DNA of 62,738 nucleotides, the filler included, from Perkinsus olseni (lineage: Eukaryota): the NCBI GenBank assembly GCA_013115125.1. It is 3 parts of 3 records of this genome, joined end to end, with 100 filler letters (N's around TTAATTAATTAA, not from the genome) between each part and the next. Parts side by side here need not be neighbours in the genome. Positions count along the whole stretch, not along the records: positions 1 to 20,888 come from JABANN010000565.1; positions 20,989 to 41,814 come from JABANN010000566.1; 1 more part is not named here. The stretch is one strand, 5' to 3'. Shown here in pieces: positions 11,928-23,123 of this stretch (position 1 is the stretch's first letter; each line of letters begins with the position of its first letter). Both the position numbers and the translations under genes were made by a program. The notes below the pieces were generated by a model, which was not told where the DNA came from, searched no databases, and saw nothing but the letters and a program-made list of their open reading frames with translations.

Positions 11928-12607
11928 ATGATGGCAGCCTCCAGCTACCCTAGTACCGCAACAAGCCCTTACTACCCGGCCAGCGAGTATGGTGGTGGTA
12001 GCAGCTACAGCGTGATTAGCTATCCCCGGGGAGCGACTCCGGAGGGGTCCGCCATCACCTCACGATCGTCCTATGCTCCTGTAGTGCTCCCCCACTTATC
12101 CCTACAGAAGGCTATGTAATCTGGTCAGGTTCTTACACCTAGTCCCACATCCCGCTCGGAAATGCGCAGCATGTAGGTTGGGGGTCTGGGAATCTTAGGT
12201 TGAAGCATGGAAGATACGCAATAGCATACACTCTGACCAATGATGTACAGGTATTCTCCAGAGTATTCCGGTCCGGTAATGCTACCGAGGGTTGGAGTCC
12301 CTCTGCCTCCTGAGATTTCTGGCCGATACTACTATGGCATGACAGAGGTAGTAAAGATACTCTCGCACGCACAAGATTTTCCCTCGTCGTGCATCATCGC
12401 CTCTCGTCTTCGATGTATGCTATTTATACTGGTCACCCTCCTCAGGAGCTCGCTGCCCCTCCGCCGCCCCAGAACGTGAAAGCCTTCGCCCCACCCTATA
12501 GAGAGACTGTGGTCGCCGGCATTACTGATGGCATTGCTGAGGAGCCGGAGCCATCGCGTGTACCACCAAGCATCGCAAAGGAGTTATCAGCTCCTCGAAA
12601 ATGGTGA
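11928..12607 (+). CDS. Hypothetical S/Y/P-rich protein, spliced
   Basis: Consecutive ORF pieces of coding-like composition (MMAASSYP..., YSPEYSGPVMLP..., ELAAPPPPQ...RKW*) flanked by intron-like segments; no family recognised. Confidence 0.5.
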
Positions 12608-13549
12608 ACGACAACGCACGTTCATTCCTGATTTCAAAAATACGGAATTATTCCGCGCTGCTGTTGTCTATACGTACCGGGCCGATCGTCCTATTGTTGT
12701 TCCTTGTAGTGCACGTGTACGATTACGACCATTGCCAGCGGCTCGGTCATTAATATTTCCGCGATAAGTACAAGCCCTTCTCTTGAAGGAATACCCTTTT
12801 TTTCTCACCTCCCGACTCTGCCGTAGTACGCTGGCCGTAGCTACTCATAATAATAATACTAGTCTCCTCATCCTCAGCTTCTTAGTTTTGTTATCAGTCA
12901 TCTTCGGGCGGTGTGGGAGTTTAGAGTCCAAGGTCGACAGTACGGTCTAGTTAGGCTAGCAACTCGGATGATGTTTTTCGTGGCGGAACGGTTAAGCCCG
13001 ATGAATGAGGTCTGTCCTTTACGCCAGGAATCTTCCATCTTCAGGGTAATCACGCGAGACGAAGTCAGGTGCAGCTTAGATAAGTGTTTCTTTGATTCCT
13101 ACGAACAGGCTGGAGCCTGCAATTGTCGGAAACCCCGCGCGAACATGGTCTGCCATTGAACTCCTCGAGCTACGATGGCGATACGTGAGATGTAATCCAA
13201 GATTCGGTTATGAGTTTCGGTGAAGGTCGAATCCTCGCAAGTTCACGATGCTTTTACTCGACTGGGATTGCCGTTGGCAATTACTGGACTGCAAGGCTCT
13301 CGCGGAAATTGTATGAGTTGTGGTAGTTTTGGTACTCGAATACCTTCCCCCGGCTTACTCGTATTTCCTCATGCCTGTCCCTACTACGACACATTTTCTT
13401 TCGTCGTTTGTCCCTCGCACTCTTCCGCGACTAGAACCGTAGCTGTTTCGGTTCGCGCTCTTGCCTGGCTCCTGAGAGGTCTCCACTGGAACCTCCTCGA
13501 GCCGGGCAGGCAAGTCCTTCAGTCACTCAATAGTCGTTGAACTGTTTCT

Positions 13550-15909
13550 ATGCTGAACTCCCTCACAGCATCGCCAAGTGCTCCAGAAGCATTCCCGATG
13601 CCCGATTTGAAGGGGTATGATGATGGCCAACCCGGGTGGGGCTGTGAGTCAGGCAGATACGGCAAGATGCTCTACAGCGGCACCCTGCTGCCTAACAGGG
13701 AGTGGGTGGAGGCGAAAAAGCAGCGGTTACTCTCTGGCCGTGCTGAGCTCGGACAGCCCGAACAGGAGGAAGTCAGGGAAAGGGTAGGGTGGGGTATACG
13801 GCTGTGTGAAGATATCTTCGACATTACGCGTATCTTACTAGGGTCGACCTATCGATGGAAATGTTGTTGACATCCCGGTATATGCTCTCTCCGGCATTCC
13901 CTATCCTAGGCCGCCAGAAGTTGACACTACATCATCACAGCTAGCAGAGGAGGAGGACCATCGTCAACGATAGCGGCCTCTCTGAGCAGGTACCGCTGTC
14001 GTCATCTGGTCGGACTCTACCGCCCTGTCCAGCCCTTGACGAGGCGCTACGAAGAGGCACTCCCTTATCCGCGGACATGGTGATACTGCTACCTGTGGTG
14101 GTGGACGCCCGACAGGCGTCACCCCTACATTATCAGACACTTCTCTATTCTTTAAGCGAGCCCTTACTCAAGCTGGACTTGAGTGGCTGCCATCGGGCCA
14201 TCTCTGCCACCACCTTCGACCAGCTTGCCCAGAGCCTTCCAGTGCCACTCAGATCGCTGCGGGAGCTCAACCTAACGTGAGGGTTAACTCGGCACCTATT
14301 CTCGTATTGTGGAGGATAGAGACGGCTTCGTAAAAAACGCTATTGATGTCGCACGGTTCGTTGCTTCGGCAAGAGGGCTATAGCTTGGCAGCGTTATCGT
14401 TATAGTGCTCCCCCTCCTGCACTCCGTCGAATTGTCTATGGACCGTAGAAACAGTCGTCGGTCGTCCGCTCCACACTGTGAAGCGAAGAGTTGAGCAGCT
14501 CCGAAGATAACAAGAAATACTCTGGTTCCGTAGCTGTGACGTGCTGCGGTGTGATGCCCGTAGCCCGTACCATTCGATAGTCCGTACTTTTCTCATCCCT
14601 ACTTCTCACGATCGCCTGCTCAGGTCCACCTACTTCACAAGCTCCTTTCTATTAGCCCTGCTAGGTTCCTGCAGATATTCCCTTCAGGACCTCACACTCG
14701 AGGCGGGCCGAATTTCGGGGGCTGTTGATGGCGCTGTGGCTGCACTGTCGTCAGCACAGGCGCTCAAGTGGGAGAATTGGGAAGAGCTTGCTTTTTGGTG
14801 GATGAATTTCGCAAATTTCTTCGCGGTTTCGATAGCAATCGAGAAGGGTACGTGAAAAAAGTTATTATAATTTCGGTTATCATTATCACATTAATGAAAA
14901 GTACATTCACATTGCATGTTGATTATTAATGACGGAGAATGGCGAGTTAAGTAGGTGATTTTACGGAATTTTTTCGGAATTTTACGGAATTTTACGCGAT
15001 TTTACGCATTAATTTTACGCAACTTTACGTAGATGCATAGGTTGATACCCGAACTACAGCGCCGAAACACTTTGACGAAACTGCGACTGCCGGGATACGC
15101 ATTTGACGAGGAGATTCAACCGCCGTCCAAGTGCCATAACAGTCGTGTGGCTCAGACACCTCAACCTTCGGGGTCTCCCGAGACTTTCTCCCTCCACCAT
15201 TTCTGCTTGCGGAAATCTCGCCTTACTTGAGTACCTCTACCTGGGCCACAACAGCGCTGCTCTCACGGATGGAGCTGTGGTGACTCTCGCTCGAGGAGTC
15301 AGGAGACTGCGAGTGGTGGATCTCGCCGGGCAAGTGGAAGCATCCTCGAAGTGTCACCGCTGTGTGACCACTCCCTCCTACTCCAGGGCCTCCTCTCTCC
15401 TGACCACCGCGGGTCTCCACGAACTCTGCTCTCATCATCCACAATTAGAGACGCTGGATATCGGCCAGGCTGCGGGGTTGACAGATGAAGTGACTGTGAT
15501 GATGATAGTCCCGAGTATCATCAGACCGTGGCCTTCAGGAGCAACTCTCATCATGTCTGGCCTGCTGCGAGGAGCTCGTCAGCCTTGACATCAGCGCATG
15601 CCCAGGGCTTACCGATAGGGTCCTGAAATCGATCCCGAGGTGGGGCTGTTCCTGCACAACGAGAGGTCCGCTCGCGCATTCCTGTGTGGACGGCGGCGGC
15701 GGCGGCCATCCACTTCTCACAGGTCCTGTTTGCAGACTCTCCGTCTCTGCTACGCGGCCTCTGGTGTCACCTACCAGGCCCTTGTTGAATTCGTTCGCGA
15801 TTGCCCGCGGCTGACGCACCTTGATCTCACCGGCTGTGAGTGCTTGCGACAGACCGATGCTGTTCTGAGCTTGCTTTCTGAGGCCGGCACGGCGAAGCTG
15901 CAGGAGTGA
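13550..15909 (+). CDS. Leucine-rich repeat protein (cysteine-containing FBXL/AMN1-type LRRs), multi-exon
   Basis: LLKLDLSGC, LRELNL, LRHLNLRGLPRLS, LEYLYLGHN, LRVVDLAG, LETLDIG, LDISACPGLTD and CPRLTHLDLTGC spread across short exons. Confidence 0.75.
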
Positions 15910-16307
15910 GGGCGTCTGAGTTCACGTTGACCTGCTGCTGCCACCGGGCTTAGGCTGATCCTCACTCGCGCTCCTGACCTTGTGGACGACGGGAAATTGG
16001 AGAAACTTTTTCCGCGAGAGCGCGTAATTTGGTCGCCGATGCCTTCCGATGGGGAAGAACCTTTTCAACTGGTGAGTATAGGCTACTGGTGGCTGCGGGA
16101 ATATTGGAGATCATCAGATATGCCCTCTGAGTAGAGGGGCTAAGAAGGGCAAGGGGAAGAAGAAGGGAGCTAAGGCAGGCGGGAAGAAGAAAAAGAAGAA
16201 GTGACAGCATGGTGCAGCTGCTGCTGTTGTTGAACACGAAAGCTGTTGGGTTCATCGCAACTGCCGGGCTTTGAGTCATTCGCTGCACTACCGGGCACTA
16301 ACCTATT

Positions 16308-16329
16308 CCTCTGACTCAGAGGCTCTGAG
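16308..16329. repeat. 22-bp double fold-back scar (8-mer CCTCTGAG)
   Basis: CCTCTGA + CTCAGAGG + CTCTGAG, exact. Confidence 0.8.
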
Positions 16330-16619
16330 AGTGCGGAGATCTCCGCAGGGGACATCCCTTCTACAGATTCGAGAACCTTCCCCTGGTCCAAGTAGCTTCC
16401 GAGAGCGCAGCTCTGGTGCGCTTTCTTGCGTGTATCATCCGGCGAGATGGGCCCTGTATATCATGTGTATCGAAGGAGCGTCCTCCGGCAACAGTCACCC
16501 TGGGTCGAAAGAGTGTGATCATCGTGGCCATCAGTCGCATTCTGAATTTAAATTTCCCATCCCGATCGTTCAGGGAGCCCGGGTCATCATCATTCGGAGC
16601 AGCCGTTCTCACTTTATAT

Positions 16620-18805
16620 ATGACCTCGGTCCCTCTGCTCTACGCTCGGAGTATCCTCGAGCTCGAGCCCTACCAACTCGTCGGCCTCTGCAAAAGCGCT
16701 GCCGCTGCCCGTGTCCAGGACCCAAGGTTCTGGGAGATGGTCAGACATCGACTGACCGCCTGGAGTAAGCCTTTAACGATATCATTCACTCTCTTTCGCA
16801 CTTCCATCGTCAGGCCCGTACACCCTCACTCCCTCTCAACTCGCGAGCGTTCTCTCGAGCGTCATCCGTGTAGCCATCCCCCGTAAATCAGGACAGCGTC
16901 CTCCTGCCAAGACGGCCGCGGCTCATCTGCGAGACCCCATGAGGCTCGAAAACGTGTCCGCTGAGTTCGCTGAATTCGCTTGCAAGTTGGTGGAGGTCAG
17001 CGTGATGGCCACGTCGCCACCGAGAGCCGTGCTAGTCTCTCTGGCGGATTCCCTGATCACCTTGGGAGTCGATCCCCGGAGTCCAGGGGCCCGGTATCTT
17101 CTGCTGAGTATCCTTTCGGGCGCGCGCTCACTGAACCCAGGCGACTCCTGCCGGTTTCTGTCTATCCTGCACAAGACAGGTTTGCCACTGCCAGAAGAAA
17201 TCGTCCAACGGGTGGTGACGACCGAAGGTGAAGGGCTGGATATGGATGAGCTCTCGCTTGCATACGAGACAACGAGGGAGCAGGCGTTAGGGAAATGGCT
17301 AGAGAGCAAGAGTTTGCAAGAGTGGACGCCAGCCGTTATACTCCGAGTAGCCCCCTGCTGTAGCAGCGCTCCACTCGCGAATACAATAGCGAGGGCTGCT
17401 CTGGAGCATCGGAAAAGAGTTTACTTTCACGAGGAGGGCTGCGACCTGGAAGCCTTCGTCATCGGTGTCATGCATCGTCACGCTGTGAAGCAGGATCTGC
17501 ACATAGGTGGGTCTCCGGCGTAGACCTCCCCTGTGGTATCGATCCGCCCTCAGAGCTGTGCTCCTGGTTGAACACACTAGTAGGACGCCAGTTGGCGACA
17601 TTTCGACAGCCTCATCTTGTTCTACGGGGTATGAAGCCTTCCAAGTGCTCCCGATACGAGGGGAGGTGGGCGGATGAGATCAGCAATGTGAGTATGGATC
17701 GGACTGTTACATCGCCGTTGTTGGTACCGAACTCTGTAAACGCGGTCGCGTGGGAGTCGTACCTAATTTTTCGCAACTCTCAAGCGCTCATCGTAGCTAT
17801 AATATTGGAATTACTCTGATAGAATGTTTAGTTCACCCATAGTAGCCGCGGATCGGAGACCAGCGCCAATTCGACGGCGTTCGTTGAAATGGTTGAGAGT
17901 TGCGTTTCAGAGCCTGCTGGAAAACATAGCCCGTCTGCTAGATCCAGACCGCCAAGAAAAGCCAGCCTCGGCCGTGGTTCTGGAGCTTGCCGTTGCAGCG
18001 GCAGAGGCCCTCGCCCTAGCCAAGAATCATGAGGTGAGTGCTTAACCGGCGGCAAGGTTTCTCATTCCCACCTTCAGATCACTTTGAGCTCGGCAGCGGC
18101 CGCCATCTTGGACTCGGTCTCTGCGGCGGCCCGCGACAGCGTTTGGGAGATTCCGATAGATCGCATGCCCGACCTCCTCCTGGCAGTGTTCTCGCTCGAT
18201 CTCGAAGGCGGTGAGGACCACAGCTTGTCTTATCAAGTAGGAGCCCCTCAAGCTCTCCTCCACGAAGAAAGCCTTCCGGACTGGTAATGCATCATCCTCA
18301 GGTTAGTTCAGTGTTCCTTCGGGCGTGCGAGAGGTGGTTGATGATTCTCAAGCAGAAGGAGAGCTTAGCCGTCGAAGAAGCAGAGCTTCTCACTGAGTTC
18401 CTCGAGGTCGAGTCTCAGCCAGCGTCGCGCCTGTTGAGGTTTTCCCATCCCAGGTGCTCGACGAGGTCGGCTACTCCTATGAAGAGCTCACAGCAGCTGC
18501 CAAGGGAATGGATGATGAGGATGAGGAAGAAGATGCAGTGCATGAGTAGATGTTTCCGTTCCGAAGTTTCCATTCAACGCTGCAGCTTTGGGTTCCGCGA
18601 TGAGTCTTGACTGGACTGTTCTGGGCTGCGGCAGCACTCGGTTGCCATCGAGAGCGCTAGCCTCGGTAGGAGGGAGGCCAAGTTTAGGATGCGGACTTCT
18701 CCTGTCTCGAAAATGATGCTTGAGGTCGACAGACTGTGTTCGTGGGAGTGCACAGCCACCGCCGTTGTGGAAGCGGATCCTGTCGGGGGGAAAGGGTTTG
18801 CCTAA
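16620..18805 (+). CDS. Hypothetical alpha-helical repeat protein (weakly HPR/FAST-like), multi-exon
   Basis: Leu/Ala-rich helical ORF pieces (LEPYQLVGLCKSAAAARVQDPRFWE, LNPGDSCRFLSILHKTG) chained by short introns to TAA at 18803-18805; family assignment tentative. Confidence 0.5.
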
Positions 18806-19074
18806 ACTTCCCCAAACTTATTCCTTCAAAAACGAGATACGTCGGTGTCAGTCTTGACTAAAACGGTTTTCGGCGTTGGACTTGAAACTCACACACACAC
18901 ACACAAACAACGAAGCTTCTTGACGAACCAGCTGATTGCACTGCATATCAACGCCACAGAGAGCCCCTAACTGAGCACATTGGCAAGTATAACTAAGCCG
19001 GGACTGGCTTTGGACTATGAACTCACACACCCGAACAGCGGAAATCCACCACACGCATCCGCCATGCAATAGTA

Positions 19075-20175
19075 TCAGTCTATCTGAACGATGGGACGTC
19101 GGGGAACGACCGGGGCCAAGGGGACGTCACGCCAGTCGAACCGCCAGTGTTCATTGCCACCCTTCAAACGGAGGCCAACTGGCACTTCCCAACTCAGAGA
19201 TCTGTCACCAATCGCTGTGACGTCGAAGAGATCTGGGAAGCTCCTCGCCATAAACGATGGACTCTCCAAGCAAGCTTCGCGCATTCTCTCGATGGCAGAA
19301 AGCGTTGCCGGCTTTTTCAAGAGGAAAGAAGTGCCAACGTGTTCCTCAGGGTCGCCGAAAGATGACACTGACGGCCCAGTTTTGCCGAGGGGAAGGAATT
19401 CCGGCAAGTAGCGATGGTCTGTCTGTAGCACTTTAATGATGAGAGGAAGGGAAATAGTCTCATCCAAGTTGATGTAAACCTTCACGTTAGTCGTCGTATT
19501 CCACTTGGACGCGCCTTCTAGGTAGGTCTCGCAGTAGTGCTCGGAATTAACGAGGTGCACCTCGGCGAACAGGTCCCGGACATGCTCGATTCCAACGTCA
19601 TGATGGCCGCCTAGAAGCAGTCTATCCCCATGCTGTGAGTAGCGCTGCAGATGGGCAATAAAGCTCCCCAAAGGGTCACTCGTCGAAGGCGCGTGGACGA
19701 TCAAATCCACTCTGGTATCGGAAACGACGTCATCCTGCAGAAGCATCGCTTTGGATAACTCTGCGCTGCTGATGTTGATCGGCCACGCGTGCAGTATGAT
19801 ATGCTGATGAACAGGCGTTGCAGCTCCGTAGTAGTGCATAGCGTATTCAAAGTGGACTGCGGCTTTGTCGAAGTCTCCAGTGCTGGCCATATCGAGGGCG
19901 ATGAGGGCGTGGGACATGACGAGTGTTGCTGGGCACTCCTCCTCAAACTGTGCCTTGAACTGTGGGTTCAGCTTGGCTACAAAATAGGCTTCCAACAGCG
20001 GCGGCCGGGGCGTCTGTCTTGTGAAGAACGACCACAGTTTCATCTGATAGTGGGAGACGCTGAACAGGTTGATGTGAAGATTGCCTGACGGGTCGTGCCA
20101 AGAGAACTCGTATTCGCTGAAGCACTGGAAGGCCCACAGTGTTGGGAGTAAGGCATTTACTAGCAGGACAAGCAT
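19075..20175 (-). CDS. Hypothetical secreted protein, intronless, 366 aa
   Basis: Long ATG ORF with signal-peptide-like N-terminus MLVLLVNALLPTLWA; no family recognised. Confidence 0.7.
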   Translation of the reverse strand: MLVLLVNALLPTLWAFQCFSEYEFSWHDPSGNLHINLFSVSHYQMKLWSFFTRQTPRPPLLEAYFVAKLNPQFKAQFEEECPATLVMSHALIALDMASTGDFDKAAVHFEYAMHYYGAATPVHQHIILHAWPINISSAELSKAMLLQDDVVSDTRVDLIVHAPSTSDPLGSFIAHLQRYSQHGDRLLLGGHHDVGIEHVRDLFAEVHLVNSEHYCETYLEGASKWNTTTNVKVYINLDETISLPLIIKVLQTDHRYLPEFLPLGKTGPSVSSFGDPEEHVGTSFLLKKPATLSAIERMREACLESPSFMARSFPDLFDVTAIGDRSLSWEVPVGLRLKGGNEHWRFDWRDVPLAPVVPRRPIVQID

Positions 20176-20888
20176 TGAGAACTGACAATGATAATGGCAA
20201 TGATGTGCTGCGGATGTCTACACCTCTGTACCCTGAGGGGCAGCTTCCTCGACCCGTTTGCGACTCGCCTATGACTCGCTGAAAGGATTTTGATTTCCTC
20301 AAGCATTTAAAGATGAAAGAAGATGCCAAAAAGGACAAGGTACCTTCGTCGTCATCATCATAAGCTTCTGGCGCTCTAGGACGACAGAGGAGAACTGAAC
20401 ATACTGATTCAGCATTGCTTCCACTGAGGACAAAATTTCAAAGGGCTGTGACACAGTCACTGTGCGTCATCAACGGGGTGCGTAAATGACTGCGTTGCCA
20501 CTACCATGAAAAAGACAAGCGCTAGAGTATGACTGCCATAGGGCGTTGCCTACGCAGTATAGCTGCTAAAATGCGCACGACGGCGAAGTTGATCATTGCT
20601 ATTGCCCAATCACTGCAAGTTGCATGATCAGGTTCGGACACAGTGCGTCGCGATAATACCCCCACTGCAAGCGATGTATTGTTTGCTATTCTTGCTCAGT
20701 TGGCTATCATTTCCTCTGTTAACTTACACTCTGGGTGGTGATGTTATATCAATGGTAAGAGGATCTGTGGTATGGAATGGATCGAGAAGTGACCGAACTA
20801 TACCATTCAGAAGTCTATTTGGCGGATAAGGCCGTTGCCTATATGGGGGTCGAGGATATCTATACCATTCAGAAGTCTATTTGGCGGA

Positions 20889-20988
20889 NNNNNNNNNNNN
20901 NNNNNNNNNNNNNNNNNNNNNNNNNNNNNNNNTTAATTAATTAANNNNNNNNNNNNNNNNNNNNNNNNNNNNNNNNNNNNNNNNNNNN
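20889..20988. other. Assembly gap with artificial TTAATTAATTAA spacer
   Basis: 100-nt N run with TTAATTAATTAA at 20933-20944; an identical construct occurs at 41815-41914. Confidence 0.95.
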
Positions 20989-20990
20989 AT

Positions 20991-22655
20991 GGGGCTCGCA
21001 ATGAACTCCTTATGGCTGGTATTAAATGCTGTACCCCTGGCATGCCTGCTGTTGTCACTAAACATATCCTGTCTATCTGTGTATGGCCATTAGGTCAGGA
21101 AGGCGTTTCCTCCTTGGTCGGTAATATGGTACCATTAGCGGCTACCAACCGATGGGCTAAGGAACGTCTGTGTAATGCTGTATCCCATCCCAACGCTACT
21201 GAGGATGCTATCAAGACAGCTCTGACAGAACTTCTTAAAGAGGGCCCTACTGCCACCCCAGCCGTGCGGAAGGCTCTCACCGGTCTCAGTCGTCGGTCCA
21301 CTGGTGACTGGGCCTCAGTGGCCTTCCACTGCGTCAGAGATGCCCCTTCCCTGACGGATGATATGGATAAACTGGCCAAGAAGGTGCTGAAGACCATCAA
21401 GAAGTCAGATCATGCCGACGCTATCGGGCCATGGCTGAAGTGGCAGTGGATTAATGTGGCCGCACCTGGTGCTGAGGATGAACAGGAGGGCCTTGATAAC
21501 CTTGATGGCGCCATTGGGGCTGCTAATGAGTTCGATGCCATTGCTGGTGCCTTACCCGATCTATTTGGTGAGAGTAAGAATATTGTGAGGAACTCTACTG
21601 GTAGGCTATGGCAGTATTTGGTGAAGAAGGGGTACGTATCATGGGCTGATGCTGATGAGATGGTTAAGGATGTCTGTGGGGAAAGTGAGGAGGAAGGGGG
21701 CGAGGGCGGTGCTACTGCTGATGACGATGAAGATGATCTTGATGAGAACGACGATAAGCCCTTCTTGCCTCCCATCATCCCTGCTACTAATGGTGATACT
21801 GAGGATATTGTTATGGAGGATGAGGAGGATCTATTGGCTATGCTTAATGATGAGGATGCCGAGAGAGCTGCCCAGGCCTTCATCCAACAGCAAGGAGGTA
21901 AGAGTGCTGGCGCCAAGCTGGAGCGTGGTAAGGAGGCTAGGGTTGTGATCATGCGGAAGATACACAGAGTGGACCTATTGGAGATGTGGGCTACTACATC
22001 CGCTGCTGGGACTCTGCCTGAAAGGCTTGATGTGGTTACCCGTATACTGGCCTATGCTGGCCGTATGAGGATTGATAAGAAGTCCAAAGAAGGTGACGGA
22101 GGCCTCAATGAAGCTAAGGGCGAGCTGAGGAATAGACTATTAGGCTTGGTCAAGCGATTCCGAGCAGCGGGCCTGCCTTTGGATGAGGCACCCAGTGAAG
22201 AGGTTATCTCCAAGTTAGTATCCTTCTTGCCCAACAAGGAGGCCCCGATACAGCAGGAATGTGCGCATCTTATAGCCTATCTCTCTCGACCCGATCCTGA
22301 TACTACTGGAAAGATATTAACTAAGTTGATCAAGGAATGGTGTGGTGGTGCTAAGTTGTCTATTCAAGCTACTGCGTGGGAGAGCTTATCATGGTCATTA
22401 TTGGCAAAGGTGGATTGGAATGCTGTTGTCCCTACCGCTGCCCATGCTCCTACTAAGGGATTTGTGTTCCGAGAGCTCCTCACTATACTGCACCGCCTGG
22501 CCAAGTCCAAGCAGCTTGAGTGTCCTCATCTCGATGAGGTTGTATATAGACTGGTTGGGGTAGTAGCTGATAAATGGTGTAATGGTACTCTAGGCCGTAG
22601 TAGGGGCCAGATAGCAACCAAGGCTATATCTGCCCTGATGGCTGTTAGTGGTAGT

Positions 22656-22689
<34 letters not shown>

Positions 22690-22922
22690 GGGGGGCTTCT
22701 GCAGTACAATGGTTACAGGACCTCAAGGAGCAGCTTGCTCTAGGGGCTGTTAGTAAGCTAGCTGCTACTGCACTTGCCGCCGCCTCCGACAAGAATAAGG
22801 GTGTTGGGAAGAAGCGATCCAGGCAGCAACAGCAGCGGGAGGATGATGATGATGATGATGATGATGAAGTGGCAGTCAATGGCACTAAGAAGTCCAAGTT
22901 GACCACAACAGCTACAGCATGA
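20991..22922 (+). CDS. MYBBP1A / Pol5 (DNA polymerase phi)-like nucleolar protein, 5'-partial
   Basis: Frame is open into the gap. Helical protein with an acidic tract, then IVMEDEEDLLAML...MRKIHRVDLLEMW (resembles the Pol5/MYBBP1A FKxRVLDLLE motif) and a basic C-terminus (KKRSR, KKSK). Confidence 0.55.
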
Positions 22923-23123
22923 TGATCATAACGTCATCATCATCATCATCACCACTATCAACGTCACCGAGTTGTATGTTGTATCTTTATCATTAGCATC
23001 GTTCCTCCTCATTGCTGTTGTAGTAGTAGTAGCGGCCTTGCTCTTCTTTTCCTACTTAGCCGCCTATACTCTACTACCCATCTGTCCTCTTACGTAAACA
23101 TCATCATCATCTCCATCATCGCC

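Noticed and set aside
15962-16612. Possible small minus-strand spliced gene
   Set aside because: Exon phases could not be resolved consistently, and a +14 scar lies within it.
16864-16885. Spliced-leader relic (GTAGCCATC)
   Set aside because: Only about 9 nt match the perkinsid/dinoflagellate leader CCGTAGCCATYTTGGCTCAAG, and it lies inside a gene; chance level.
20798-20888. 29-bp direct repeat (20798-20826 and 20860-20888)
   Set aside because: The second copy ends exactly at the gap; it may be a contig-end artefact or a truncated array and cannot be interpreted.
20933-20944. TTAATTAATTAA palindrome inside N runs (also 41859-41870)
   Set aside because: Identical, centred in 100-nt gaps, with stops in all six frames: a scaffolding spacer, not biology.
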